From assembly GCA_000442015.1 (NCBI GenBank), contig KE561068.1, positions 1 to 64,000 of the forward strand: DNA of 64,000 bases. Direction: 5' to 3'. The DNA is from Rozella allomycis CSF55 (Eukaryota). The position numbers and the translations under genes were made by a program. The notes beneath the pieces were generated by a model. That model was not told where the DNA came from. It ran no database searches and was given only the letters and a program-made list of their open reading frames with translations. Shown here in pieces: positions 26,533 through 41,326 of this stretch (the first letter of the stretch is position 1; every line of letters begins with the position of its first letter).

Positions 26533-26763
26533 TAAAAAATGACTTTCAAGTATCAACTAACCATATCTTTTTTGTTTTTGAATTCATAAGTAATACTGTT
26601 GCTGTCGACTTCTTTTTAGACCAGGATTACTCGAAATTTAGAAGTTTAGTAATAAACTGAAGATGAGATTCGATTATGTCTTTTAAACTGTAGGATTTCT
26701 GTTATGGAAAAGTCTTCAACTTGTTAATAAGGATTTGAAAATGTGTTTCACAATTTTCTATAA

Positions 26764-27003
26764 ATGTCAGAACAGATTTTGGAAGGTGAAGGTGCTCAAG
26801 TAGATCAACTATTGGCTACATTTTCCTTACTAACAGATATTTCCGACAAATGCTTTAAAAAATGTGTACCGAAAATACAAAATAAGTTGGAAAAGCAAGA
26901 GGAAACCTGTTTAGCATATTGTACGGCTAGGTACTTTGACGTCAAGTTACTTGTTGCTAAGCGACTTCAAAGCAATAGTATTGAACTATCACAGAGAGAA
27001 TAG
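26764..27003 (+). CDS. small Tim chaperone (Tim8/9/10/13 family)
   Basis: Twin CX3C motif CFKKC...CLAYC in a 79-aa protein. Confidence 0.85.
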   Translation: MSEQILEGEGAQVDQLLATFSLLTDISDKCFKKCVPKIQNKLEKQEETCLAYCTARYFDVKLLVAKRLQSNSIELSQRE

Positions 27004-27144
27004 ATGATATCATGGTAGGGTGAAGAAATAAATATTGAAAACTGATTACTGAATCGTCATATCTTATTCCCACTTTCATGAGTAAAAAATTCAACTTTAT
27101 TAATCTTTGTTTACATTGATACCCCTGTCCAATTTCGTCGCACA

Positions 27145-30100
27145 ATGGCAGACGTAGCAAGCAAAGCTAATGCTCCCCCTAGTGATCCTAAAAAGAAACC
27201 CGCTCAAACTGCAAGTCTAAACTTGGAGAAGAAGAGGGCGTTGCTGGATCAACGCCATCGCTACCTTCTTGAAAGATTTGCTGAGCAAATTAATGAAAAG
27301 CCCGCCGACTTGGAGAATTCCTTGCTCTACGGGAATAAGATTGAGATACTTAATGAGTTTTTTGCCGCTAATGGGCCCAAAAAAGTGATTTTCTTTTGGC
27401 AACCCCATAAGGTAAACAAACTTTGATGTTGGTATTTTAGGATGAGTGTCAAAAGTCAGGTGCAAAGAATTGTTTGATAGTAACTGATGGTCTTAGAGAT
27501 GGTATGGAAGGTCCCGCTGCTTACTATTTGCGTTTGAACACCAAAGCAATAACTACTGCCAATCTTTATACGGATATCATATATGGTGTCATAAATGAAC
27601 TGCTCCCATCTCTTCGTGATAGTATTAAGAATCTTATTATACCTGCTTTGAATGCTCAAGTAATCCATTTCAAACTATAAGATAGGAAAATTGGGGTGTC
27701 TTGGTTAAGAAGAAAAACGGTCCCATTGAAGAGTTCATGGAGGCTTTGAATAAGTTTGTTGAAACTGTGGATGTTGGTCTTAATAGTCTTAAAGACAACA
27801 TAAGATTGAATTCATCGCCAGTTGACCTTAGTCCATATCGTGCCGCCTCGCAGGTCTTGGTAGGCTCGAATAATCCTGAATTGGTGGGAACACTTGAAGG
27901 TAAACTACTAAAACTAGCGATATCAGGTCTTGTTGGTGAATGGTGTAAGCAGATTGAACAGGTATTGGCTGAAAGTGAGCAAATGAGAAAAGAAGCGGAT
28001 GACATTGGCCCTTACGCAGAATTGTCTCACTGGAAGTCGCGTATGGCAAAATTCAACAGTATCACGGACCAACTGAAGAGTCCTGATTGCAAAACGGTTA
28101 TCAATGTGCTTCATGGTGCAAAGTCTCGTGTGTTGAAGCAGTGGAAAGATTTGGACAACCGTGTTACTGATGCTGCAAATGAATCCAAGGACAATGTAAA
28201 ATATCTTTATACATTGGAAAAATTCTGTGAGCCCCTTTATCGTAGTGATCCCCTTGCAATGCAGCCTTCTCTTCCTGGTCTTATCAATGCTATCAAAATG
28301 ATCTATTCAATTTCAAGATACTACAATACCTCAGAAAGAATGACGTCTTTGTTTGTTAAGATAACTAATCAAATGATTACAAGTTGCAAGGAGTATGTGA
28401 ATGAGGATGGTTCCAAATTGTGGGAACATGACCGGGCCAAGTTAATGAGCAAGTTAAATGACTGTTTGAAACTTAATGAAGCTTACCAACGTATATTTCA
28501 TGAAACAAAAGTAAAACAAGTCTTTTATTAGCATAGAAAAAATTACAAGAAAAACCTGAAGAAAAACAATTCGATTTCAGTGAAATGTACATATTTGGAA
28601 AGTTTGATGCCTTTTGTAAAAGAATCCAGAAAGTTGTTGATATGTTTGATGTTATTGAGAAGTTCTCATCTTTGTCAACTCTCGGGGTTGAGGGAATGGA
28701 TTCATTGAATAAGAGATTTGATGGTATCATGAATCAAATTAAAAGAAAGCCTTATGATATGTTGGATCACAGAAAAATGGTAAGCATTGACTTTGATTCA
28801 CAACCATAGGAATTTGATACGGATTATGCAACATTTAAAAAGCAAATAGCTGATCTTGAAAGTGGTTTACAGCAATTTGTTGATGGTCTTTTCTCTAATA
28901 TTTCTAGCACTGAACGTTCATTGGAGCTCTTGCAAAAGTTTTCAAAGATTCAAGGCTTACAAATTGATTTGGAATCTAAATATCAAGCAATATTTGTCTA
29001 TTATACAAAACGTGATCTTGAAGCGTGCAGAAAGGCGTATCAAAAGTATAAAGAGAGTCCACCAATTGCCAGGAATACACCCCCTGTAGCTGGAAGTATT
29101 TCATGGGCACGTCAGTTGTTCAGAAGGATCGACCGCCCTATGCAAATGTTTAAGAATTGCCCATCCGTTTTGTCTTCTTCAGATGCAAAGAAACATATCA
29201 GAAATTTTAACATGCTAGCTTCTGCGTTGATTGAATTTGAGTTGTTGTGGCATAGAAGCTGGTTGAAGGCCGTGGACTTGGCTAAAATTGGGCTTCAAGC
29301 AACCGTGCTGGTTATCGATGCTGATACGTCCAAGGTGTATGTGAACTTTGATCCGCAAATATTGCAGTTGATTCGTGAGACTAAATGTATTCAGAGAATG
29401 GGACTTGAAATACCTGAAATGGCTAAATTGATGTGTTTGAAAGAAGCCGACTTGAAGGAAACCTACATGATGCTTCATCAAATATTGCGCAAAAAGTCTT
29501 CCTTGATATCCCGAATTCCACAAGTGTTAATTAAAGCTATGACGCCTCATATTGAAGAGTTGGATAAGGCTATTCAACCAGGATTGACATCCATCACGTG
29601 GACATCATTGAATTTGAAGAATTACATTTTAAATGTTCAAAAGAATCTTGAAAGACTAGAAGAGCTGACTGATAAAGTGCTTGATGTTAATGATTGTAGA
29701 ATTAATTCTGGACTGCAAAGAATTGCTGAAACTTGCTTGTGTGATGTTCCTTCTGAACATGAGCAATGGACTATTGAAGAGTTGGTGCAACGTTCTGAGA
29801 AGTGTTGTTCTCAAGTAGCAGAAGTGATTAATAGGAAGAGTGCGATGATTGAAATTGCATGTAATGATCTTATAAATATCCTGAAAACCAATTTGAGTGA
29901 GCAGAAAAAGGTTGAAATGAGTTCGGTTTATGAAGACGTGTTTAATTATTTCAATCATAAGATGGCTGACTCTCTTGTTCAAAGCACTAGAGGTTCGTTA
30001 GATTTGATAAAGACCAGGCTCGGAAGTGTGTCTAGTCAGTACGGAAAGGCTTTCAACCAAAAACCATTCTTCAAGGCAGAATTAATCTTGTCTATACCCA

Positions 30101-33100
30101 ATGTTGTAGTTTCTCCTAAATTGGAAGATATTCAAATGGCTTTGAATAAGACGTCGACGATGATTCTTGAAATTTCCAAAAAGATAACTGTATGGGGCCA
30201 AAGTTCACAAGGCGAGAGAAACTATTTCAGTGAAGTCTCTAATAATAAGGATGTTGTGAAAGTTATAATTGCACTGAATTCTACTATAAATACGACCAAG
30301 AAGGATGTTGAAACGCATCGTGAGCAGTTTGGAAAATTGGACAATCTTTGGAAAGAGGATCGTAATGAGAGTATTAAAAAGTTTTTGGAGACGAATCCTA
30401 CGCATCATGATTTTGAGAATGAAATTAACAGATATGAGATTGCCGAGAAGGAAGTTATGGAGATTATGCCAACGACGCAAATCAGTTCTGTGTTGATATC
30501 AGCTGAGCCGTTGAAGATTGCATTGTTGACTGAGACAAAGGCGTGGAAGCAGGCGTATGGATTTAATTTGAATGCCAAGGTGAAAAAGGATATGGAAGAG
30601 TTGATTGAATATATGGATAATAAAACTGTTAGATTGAATAGGAAGATTGTGGATATTGATGATATTAGACAAGCATGTCAGACACTTGCTGAGATAAGAG
30701 AGGCTGAAGTGAATATTGATATGAAGATATTGCCTATTGAAGAGTCTTATCATTTGTTGACAAAACATGGCATATCGGTGTCAAGGGAAGAAACCGAAAT
30801 GGTGGATTCGTTGAGATATAGTTGGAAAAAGTTGAAACAGTTGGTGATTGATGTTCAGGCGCATTTGACCAAAGTTCAGCCGACATTTAAGAATGATTTA
30901 GTACAAACTGTTCAAAAGTTTGCAGTTGAAGTTGATGAATTTTCAAAGGAATACAATGAGAAAGGACCGATGGTTTCCACTATAACACCAAAGACTGCAA
31001 GTGAGAGGTTGATTGTGTTTCAAAGATCTTTTGATGAAATTAATAGAAAATGGGAAACTTATTCAGCTGGAGAAGAATTATTTGGATTGTCTGTTACTCC
31101 ATTCCCATCGCTGGTTAAAATGAAGAAAGAATTAAAGTTGTTGCAAAATTTGTATGGATTGTATAACGCAGTGTTGGAGAAAGTTAGAGTTTGGCATGAA
31201 ATGTTGTGGACTGAAGCAGAATTTGAGCCAATAATGAACCAGCTGAATGACTTTGCAGCGCGTTGTAGAAAGCTTCCAAAGGCAATTAAAGATTGGGATG
31301 CATTTCAAACTTTGAATAATTTGATTAATGATTTTCTGGCGACTGTTCCATTGTTGGAATTGATGTCACATAAAGCTATCCAGCAACGTCATTGGGATGC
31401 GATCATGGAAGTGACAAAAACAACATTCAATTTAGACCCAGATGTTTTTTGCTTGAAGAATTTGATGGATGCGCCTTTATTGAAGTCATCTGAAGAAATT
31501 GAAGAAATTTGTACGTCTGCAGTTAAGGAAGCTGATATTGAGATTAAATTGAAAGCGATCGTTAATGAATGGACAGATAAAGAGTTTACATTTGCTCCAT
31601 TTAAGAGCAGAGGGTATTTGGTGTTGAAGCCGGCAGCTATATTGGAGATTATAACACAAGTTGAAGACAGTTTGATGGGACTTGGATCTTTAATGAGCAA
31701 CCGTTATAATGCCCCTTTTAAGAAGGATATTCAATCGTGGGTAGCTAAACTTTCAACTTGCAGTGAAATTATTGAGAATTGGTTGGCTGTCCAGAATTTG
31801 TGGATATATTTGGAAGCGGTGTTTGTTGGTGGTGATATTGCTAAACAGATGCCAAAAGAAGCAAAAAGATTTCAAAATATTGATAAAAGTTGGTGTAAAA
31901 TTATGGCTAGAGCGTTAGAGAATCCAAATGTGATTACATGTACAGTTGTTGATGATACCCTTGCCAATTTGTTGCCAAGTTTAACTGAGCAATTAGAGTT
32001 ATGTCAAAAGTCACTTTCAGGATATTTGGAGTCTAAAAGAAGTTTGTTTCCTAGATTCTATTTTGTTTCTGATCCAGCCTTGTTGGAAATTCTTGGACAG
32101 GCCAGTGATTCACATACAATCCAGGCGCATTTGAAGTCTGTGTTTGATAATGTTCAAACGGTGCAATTTCATGATAAAGAATATGATAAAATATTGGCAT
32201 TGGAATCTAGTGAAGGAGAAAGACTTCCATTGAGCAAGCCAGTAATGGCACAGGGGAATGTTGAAACATGGTTGGGTAATTTATTGCAGTGGATGCAGAT
32301 TACTGTTAATGATGTGATTAGAGAAGCTGTTGTTAGAATGAATGAAATGACATTACAATCTTTTCTTAATGAATATCCAGCGCAGATAGGTCTTTTATGT
32401 TTACAAATTCAATACACTACTATTTGTGAAGATGCATTGACAGCCTCTAAAAGTGATAAAAAAGCAATGGCGAATGCTAACCAAAAAGTGTCAGAAATAT
32501 TGAGCACATTGATTGAATTTACTACACAAGATTTGAATAAGATGGATAGAGTCAAGTATGAAACGTTGATTACAATTCAAGTGCATCATAAAGATGTTTT
32601 TGAAAAACTGTTCAAGACGCATATTAAATCACCGTTGGATTTTGAATGGTTGAAACAGTGTAGATTTTATTGGAGAGATGTTCTTGATTGCTGTATTGTT
32701 TCTATTACTAATTTTGACTTTAAATATAACTGTGAATATTTGGGATGTACTGATAGATTGGTTATAACTCCATTGACTGATAGATGTTATATTACATTGG
32801 CACAGGCACTTGGCATGTCACTTGGTGGTTCACCTGCAGGTAACTATATTGCTCATATTTTATAAAGGACCTGCTGGAACAGGTAAAACAGAAACCGTCA
32901 AGGATATGGGCAAAGCGCTTGGAAAATGGGTTGTCGTGTTCAACTGTTCAGATCAAATGGACTATAGAGGTCTTGGTAGAATATTTAAAGGTTTGGCGCA
33001 ATCTGGCTCATGGGGATGTTTTGATGAGTTTAATAGAATTGAATTACCAGTCTTGTCGGTAGCTGCGCAGCAGGTTGGTTGTGTGTTGGCTGCTAGAAGG

Positions 33101-36100
33101 GAAAGAAAGAAACAGTTTGTGTTTACTGATGGAGAGACTGTTGATTTGAACCCTGAAGTTGGATACTTCATTACAATGAATCCTGGGTACGCTGGGCGTG
33201 TAGCGTTACCAGAGAATTTGAAGACACATTTCAGATATGTAGCAATGGTAATACTTAATGTCAATTTTTATTAAAGATGGTGCCAGATAGACAGATTATT
33301 ATAAGAGTAAAGTTGGCTGGCTGTGGTTTCCAAAACAATGTTATTCTAGCTAGAAAGTTTTTCGTATTGTACAGATTGTGTGAAGAACAATTATCAAAGC
33401 AAGTCCATTATGACTTTGGGTTGAGAAACATTTTATCGGTGTTGAGAACATCAGGTGCTGTGAAGAGGGCGAGTCCCGAAGATTCAGAGAATTTGATTAT
33501 TATGAGAGTATTGAGAGACATGAATTTGTCTAAACTGGTTGATGAAGATGAGAATTTGTTTTTGAGTTTGGTGAATGATTTGTTTCCAGGGCTTGTTGCA
33601 AAGAAGGCTTCGTATCCTGAAGTTGAAAAAGCTATTGAGCAGCAGCTGGTTGAAATGAATCTGGTTAATCATCCACCGTGGGTGTTGAAAGTTATACAGT
33701 TCTATGAAACGTGCAAAGTGAGGCATGGAATTATGATATTGGGGCCAACTGGAGCTGGAAAGACCAAGTGTATTAATGTGTTGTTGAAAGCGATGACTGC
33801 AGTTGCTGAACCACACAAAGAGATTAGAATGAACCCCAAGGCTATCACTGATTACCAAATGTTTGGCAGGTTGGATGTTACTACTAATGATTGGACTGAT
33901 GGAATCTTTTCTGCCATCTGGCGAAAGACAATAAAAAAGAAGGGAGAGTTTATTTGGATTGTGTTGGATGGACCGGTTGATGCTGTGTGGATTGAAAATT
34001 TGAATTCAGTGTTAGATGATAATAGATGTTTGACGTTGGCTAATGGTGATAGAATACCAATGTCGTCTACGAGCAAATTAATGTTTGAAGTGCATAGTTT
34101 AGATAATGCATCGCCAGCTACTGTGTCTCGATGCGGGATGATTTATATTGGCATTGTGGCAATGACTTGGGATATTGTGATTCAGTCTTGGCTTAAAACG
34201 AGACCGAAGAATGAAGCTGAAATATTTGAACCTTTATTTAAAGATACTTTTGGTAAACAGCGTTTTATTTAGTTACAAAGGTGTTGCTGATCAGTTTGTT
34301 AATTTGGAGCTGCATCAAAAGATGGATGTTCCTGCTAATAATTCTATTGTTACTGTAGCTAACTTGTTGGATGGATTGATACCTGCGCAAGAGCAAGGAA
34401 AGGCTATTGATAGAGATCATATGCAAAGACTTTACATTTTTGCATTCTTTTGGTAACTATCCATGATTTGAAATATGACAGGGGTGTTGGAGCGTTGTTA
34501 GAATTAGATGAAAGAAAGAAATTGCAGAGTTTGATATTTGAAAAGTTTCCAGATCTATTGTATCCAAAGATGGAAGATCCAAATGATACAATTTATGAAT
34601 ATTATGTAACAGAGCAAGGAGAATGGAAGCATTGGAAAGAGAGAGTTCCTAATTGGGAGTATCCAACTGATTCTACTCCAGAGTTTTCATCTATTATAGT
34701 TCCTACAGTAGACAATGTGCGTGTTGAATTTTTAATTTCAACGTTATCAAAGCTGGGCAAGAGTGTTTTGCTTATTGGTGAGCCTGGAACAGCCAAGACA
34801 GTTACAATTCAAAGATTTTTAGCTAAATTGGATTCAGATGTTCATTTGAAGAAGAGTTTGAATTTTTCATCAGCAACAACGCCTATGATATTCCAGAGAA
34901 CTGTTGAATCATTTTTGGATAAGAGATTGGGATCAACGTATGGTCCGCCAGCTGGAAAGAAGATGACACTGTTTATTGATGATATATCAGCGCCCGAGAT
35001 CAATGTATGGTTGGATCAACCTACAGCTGAAATTCTGCGCCAGCTGGTTGAATACCAAGGAGTTTACAATTTAGATAAGCCTGGTGACTGGACATCCATT
35101 GTAGATTTGCAATTTCTGGGAGCCATGATGCACCCCGGTGGTGGCAGAAACAATATTCCAATGCGACTGAAGCGACATTTTAATATTTTTAACTGCACGA
35201 TTCCATCTGATGTGTCTGTTGACAAAATCTTTGGAACAATGCTGAGTGGCCATTTTCATGAAAAGCGAGGATTTCCTGAAGATGTTAGACAACTAGTTAC
35301 AAAGATTCCGAGTCTGACGCGTAAATTGTGGCAAGCAACCAAGACTAAAATGCTCCCGACGCCTGCTAAATTCCATTATATTTTCAATTTAAGAGATTTG
35401 AGTAGAATTGTAGAAGGGATGTTGTATTCCACAAGTGAAGTTGTGAACACTGCAAAGACATTAATGCTGTTGTGGGAGCACGAGTGTTCGAGGGTTTTGC
35501 CTGATAGATTTACAACGAATGAAGATATTGAATGGTTTAATAAGACTGTGTTGAGTGTTGTTAATAAGGATTTGGGGCTGGAATATTCAAAGTATATTCA
35601 GCAGAGAGCTTATTGGGTTGATTTTCTTAGAGATGCGCCTGAAGTTGAAGAGGGATCGGAGGAGGAGCCTGAAATGCCTAAAGTTTATGAAATGATTCCG
35701 TCGTTTGATCATTTGAGGGATAGATTGCAGTTTTTTATGAGACAGTATAATGAAACTGTAAGAGGAGGGAAAATGGTAAATTTATTTGTGTAATGTTAAT
35801 TATAGGTAAATTAATTCAGTGATTTTGATTGTAGGATTTAGTGTTGTTTGAAGATGCAATGAAACATATTGTAAAGATTAGTAGAATTATAAGAACACCA
35901 AGAGGTAATGCTCTGTTGGTTGGTGTTGGTGGAAGTGGAAAACAATCATTGACTAAATTAGCTTCTTACATTGCAAGAAACCAAATCTTCCAAATAACAA
36001 TTTCAAAGAACTACAATGCATCAAATTTAATGGATGATTTAAAGTTTATGTACAAGCTAGCAGGGTTACAAGGAAAGCCAGTTACATTTATATTCACTGA

Positions 36101-39100
36101 TAATGAAATCAAGGAAGAAACATTTTTAGAATTTATTAATAACATGTTAACATCAGGAGAAGTATCAAACTTGTTTCCAAAAGACGAAGTTATCATGATT
36201 TCATCCGACATGAGACCGATAATGAAGAAAGTCAGACCCCAAACAATTGATACAAATGAAAATTTATGGCAATTCTTTATTGACAGAGTCAAGAGCAATC
36301 TACACATAGTTTTATCATTCTCGCCTGTTGGAGACAAGTTTAGAAACAGAGCATTGAAGTTCCCTGGACTGATTAGTGGTTGTACAATGGACTGGTTTAC
36401 TAGATGGCCAAGTGAAGCGTTGAGAGCTGTTTCAGAGAAATTCTTGCAAGAATTTGACATTACATGTTCAGAGCAAGTCAAGATGGAAGTTGTTAACCAT
36501 ATGGCCTTTGTGCATGATTCTGTCACTGATATGTGTCAGCAATACTTTTTGCAGTTTAGAAGAAGCACCCATGTCACTCCAAAATCGTATCTAAGTTTTA
36601 TTAATTCTTACATGTCATTGTATAGCAAGAAGAGGAGAGAAGTTGGCGAGTTGAGTGACAGAATGAATATGGGGCTGTCTAAACTATTGGAAGCTACTAA
36701 ATCTGTTGCTGTGTTGAAAGAACAGTTGATTGTTAAAGAAAAGGATCTTGTTGTCGCCAGCAAGGAAGCCGATATTGTTCTAGTTGATGTGTCTGCTGCC
36801 ACTGCCGATGCTGAAAAGGTTAAAGAGGCAGTTTTAAAAGTCAAATTGAAGTCTGAGAGTATTGCGAATGCTATCAAAAAGGATAAAGAAGAAGCCGAAG
36901 GACAATTGGAAGCAGCCAGACCAGCGTTGGAGGAAGCAACAAAGGCATTGAATTCTATTCAGCCAGCGCATATTTCAACAATAAGAAAACTAGCTAAACC
37001 TCCACATCTGATTATGAGGATTATGGATGCTGTGCTGATTTTGCAAAAGAGGAGAATTGATGCTGTTATTCCTGATCCTGAGAGACCCTGTGTTAAACCT
37101 TGCTGGAGTGAATCTTTGAGATTAATGTCGCAGAGTGATTTCTTGTCTTCTTTAATCAACTTTCCATGTGATGAAATTAATGCAGAGACTGTGGAGCTGT
37201 TGGATCCTTACCTTGAAATGCCAGATTTTAATTTGGAAGGTGCAAAGAAGGTGTCGGCTGATGTTGCAGGTAACTTTTAATGTTGAAATTCACATTTAGG
37301 TTTAGCATCGTGGGTTAGAGCAATGTCATTCTATTACACTATCAATAAAAAGGTTATTCCGTTGAAAATGAATTTAGCAGTGCAAGAAAAGAAGTTGGAG
37401 ATTGCGATGGCTGATTTGAACAAGGCTCAAAAGACTTTGGATGAGAAGCAAGCTGAATTGGATGTGTTTAAACAGAAATACAATGCTGCTATAACAAATA
37501 AACAGGCGTTGCAAGATGATGCTGATTCTTGCAAGAGAAAGATGACTGCTGCAACTGCGTTGATTAATGGATTGAAGGGAGAGAAAGATAGATGGACATT
37601 GCAAAGCAAAGAGTTTGCAGAGCAGATTGGAAGACTTGTTGGTGATGTTATTCTGGCTACAGCATTCTTGTCGTATTCTGGGCCGTTTAATCAGACGTTT
37701 AGAACCCAGTTGCTGTCTATTTGGAAGGAAGATTTGAAAAAGAGAAAGATTCCGTTTTCTGCTGATGTTGATATTATCTCACTGCTTGTGGATGGCACTA
37801 CTATTGGAGAATGGAATATACAGGGACTGCCGACTGATGAGTTGTCTATACAGAATGGAATTATTGTTACGCAGGGAACGAGGTATCCACTGTTGATTGA
37901 TCCACAGGGACAGGCGAGATCATGGATCAGGAAGAGAGAAGAGAGCAGAGGGTTGATTGTTACGACATTGGGCAACAAGTATTTCAGACAGCATATTGAA
38001 GATTGTGTGTCGCAAGGGAAGCCATTGCTGATTGAAGATGTGGAAGAATCACTGGATCCAACATTGGACAATATTCTGGAAAAGAATTTGATAAAATCAG
38101 GGAAATCGTTTAAAGTTATTTTTGGAGAAAAGGAATTAGATTTTACTGAAGGATTTTGTTTATTCATTACAACAAAGTTGGCTAATCCGAGATATTCGCC
38201 TGAAATTTATGCAAAGACTTCTATTATTGATTTCACTGTGACGCAAAAGGGATTGGAAGATCAATTGTTGGGAAGAGTTATAATGAAGGAGAAGCAGGAA
38301 TTGGAAACGGAGAGATCCAAGTTGCTGGAAGAGGTTAATTCTAATAAGAAAAAGATGAAAGAATTGGAAGATAATTTACTGCAGAGATTAACTTCAACGC
38401 AAGGGTCGCTAGTAGATGATGAAAGTTTGATTGAAGTGTTAGCCGTTACTAAAACAACTGCAGAGGAAGTGTCTGAAAAGTTGGTGATTGCAGCAAGCTG
38501 AAACGCAAAAGAAAATAACGATTGCGAGAGAAGAATACAGACCAGTGGCTACTAGAGGATCTGTTTTGTATTTTCTTATTGCTGAAATGTCAATGATTAA
38601 TATAATGTACCAAACTTCATTGAGACAGTTTTTGAAGCTGTTTGATGAATCAATGTCGAAATCTAATCCGTCGCCTATTCCTTCAAAGAGAATTCAGAAT
38701 ATTATAGAGTATTGCACGTTGAGAACGTTCAAGTATATGGCTAGATCATTGTATGAAGAACACAAGCTGTTGTTTACATTGTTGTTGGCTTTAAAGATTG
38801 ATATGTTGGCTGGAAAGATTCCGTTTGATGATTTTAGATGTTTTATTAAAGGAGGAGCAGCGTTAGATATTAATGCAGTGATGAAGAAGCCATTTAATTG
38901 GATCTCTGATATGACTTGGCTGAATCTAGTTGCTTTGAGTAAAATTAATTCGTTCCAGGATATTCTCAATCAAGTTGGAAAGAATGAAAAAGCTTGGAAG
39001 AGTTGGTATGAAAAAGATTCGCCTGAAAATGAGCCGTTGCCTGGTGGATATTCAAACACTCTGGATTCATTTAGAAAATTAATGTTGATTCGTTCTTGGT

Positions 39101-41028
39101 GTTTAGACAGAACTATTGTATCTTCTAAACAGTATATTGCTGATTCTCTGGGACAAGTTTATGCTGAATCTCAGGTGCTTGATTTGGATGCAATGTTGGA
39201 AGAGAGTGACAATAGAACTCCTTTGATTTGTTTATTGTCAACTGGTGCTGATCCAACGGCTGATATTGAAAGTTTATCCAAACGACATAAAATTGATATG
39301 AAAGCAATCTCGATGGGTCAAGGACAAGAAGTTCATGCTAGAAAGTTAATGACGAATTACATGACGAATGGTGGTTGGGCTCTACTACAAAATTGTCATT
39401 TGGGTATTCCTTTTCTTGAAGAATTATTGGTAATGATTCTGGAAACTGAACAAATTCACGAGAAATTTAGATGTTGGATTACTACTGATGTGAATGAAAA
39501 ATTTCCTATAAATTTATTGCAAGTTTCTATCAAATTTACGAATGAACCACCTAGAGGTATTAGAGCTGGATTAAAGAGAACTTATGGTTGGTTAACTCAA
39601 GATATGTTGGGTAAAATATATTCCTTCAAGTTTATTCTTAGATATTTCTGCTAGACCTCAGTACAAACCATTGATTTATGCTATTGGATTCTTACATACT
39701 ACTGTTCAAGAAAGAAGAAAGTTTGGTCCTTTAGGTATCCATTATTATCAATTTCAATTCTAGGTTGGAATATTCCATATGAATTCAATCAATCTGATTT
39801 AGCTGCCTCAATCCAATTCTCTCAAAACCATCTTGATGAATTACAACCAAAGGCTCCTATTTCCTGGACTACCGTTAGATACATGTTCTGTGAAGTTCAC
39901 TACGGAGGACGTGTTACAGATGACTATGACAGAAGACTACTAGTCACTTACGGAAAGACTTGGTTTGGTGATCACATGTTTGCTGACAACTTTCAATTCT
40001 ACAAAAATTACACAATCCCTCATCTCAAATCAATCGACGAGTACAGAAAAGTTATTGAAGAAGTTCCCCTGGTTGATTCTCCCGAAGTTTTCGGTCTCCA
40101 TCCTAATGCTGATATCTCCTGTCAAACTAAAGAGTCTAATTTGATGCTGGATAATATTCTGTCGATTCAACCAAAAGATTCGGGATCTGGGACTGGTGAA
40201 ACTAGAGAAGATGTTGTAAAGAGAATCGCTAATGATCTTTTAAGCAAACTACCTGAAGATTTTAACAAGCATAAAGTTAAACAAGCTATCGTCAAGCTTG
40301 GTGGTCCAAAACCTTTGAACATCTTTCTTGGTCAAGAAGTTGATAGAATGCAGACAGTCATTATTAAAACAAGATCGATTCTACAAGATTTGAAACTAGC
40401 TATTGACGGTACAATTATCATGAGTCCCCAGTTACAACAATCTCTCGATGCTCTCTATGATGCACGTGTTCCTCTTGCATGGGAAAAAGTTTCTTGGAAA
40501 TCATCAACTCTTGGCTTATGGTTCGCTGAACTCGTCCAAAGAACGCTGCAATTCCAATCATGGCTCTTTGAAGGCAAACCAAACGTATTCTGGCTGTCCG
40601 GCTTCTTCAATCCCCAAGGGTTCCTCACCGCCATGCGCCAGGAAATCACAAGAGCGCATCAAGGATGGGCATTGGATAACGTCAAACTACACACAGAAGT
40701 TTTGCGCCAGATGAAAGAAGATATCACTCAGCCGCCAGCCGAAGGCGTGTACATCCACGGTCTGTTTATTGAAGGTGCTGGCTGGGACAGGAAGAATACA
40801 CGGCTGGTTGATTCGCAGCCCAAAGTCATTTACATGCAGATGCCCATTGTTCATGTGTCCGCTATCAACTCGACGGAAGACCGCGATCCCAGGTTCTATC
40901 AATGTCCGGTTTACAGGAGACCTAATAGGACAGATCTCAATTATGTGTTTGATGTGGAATTGAAGACTCAGCAGAATCCTGATTATTGGATTTTGAGAGG
41001 AGTTGCGATGCTGTGTTCTACAACTTAA
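27145..41028 (+). CDS. DNAH5: axonemal outer-arm dynein heavy chain (DNAH5/8, gamma-type), 13 introns and one apparent frameshift near 38495
   Basis: P-loops [26 protein letters not shown] and [24 protein letters not shown]; ends [11 protein letters not shown]. Confidence 0.95.
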
Positions 41029-41163
41029 TAAATGGATTTTTAGTGATGAATTGTTTATTTCTTTTTGTGATAATGTAGATTATAATTTATAGTTGTCAAT
41101 TGAGTGGTTCTCCGTTCTTGCCTCTTGGTCAGTTAGCCTCGGAGTTTAAGATTTGGAGATGTG

Positions 41164-41198
41164 CTCCAACTTCCAAGTTCCAACCTCCAAATTCCAAT
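41164..41198. repeat. 5 tandem heptamers YTCCAAN
   Basis: ctccaac ttccaag ttccaac ctccaaa ttccaat, preceded by an inverted copy ATTTGGAG. Confidence 0.8.
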
Positions 41199-41326
41199 AT
41201 AAAAAGTCAAGGTGCTTTAAATTTAATATGAGGACAATCACATTGAGATCAAAACTAGCTAATGAGAAATAATGCTAATATCAATGATACATATGTGCTC
41301 AATGCCTTGAATTTTATCTCAGCCAC

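Noticed and set aside
41164-41198. CRISPR-like or telomeric array
   Set aside because: Only 35 bp of 7-nt units with no spacers, in an internal position of a eukaryotic genome.
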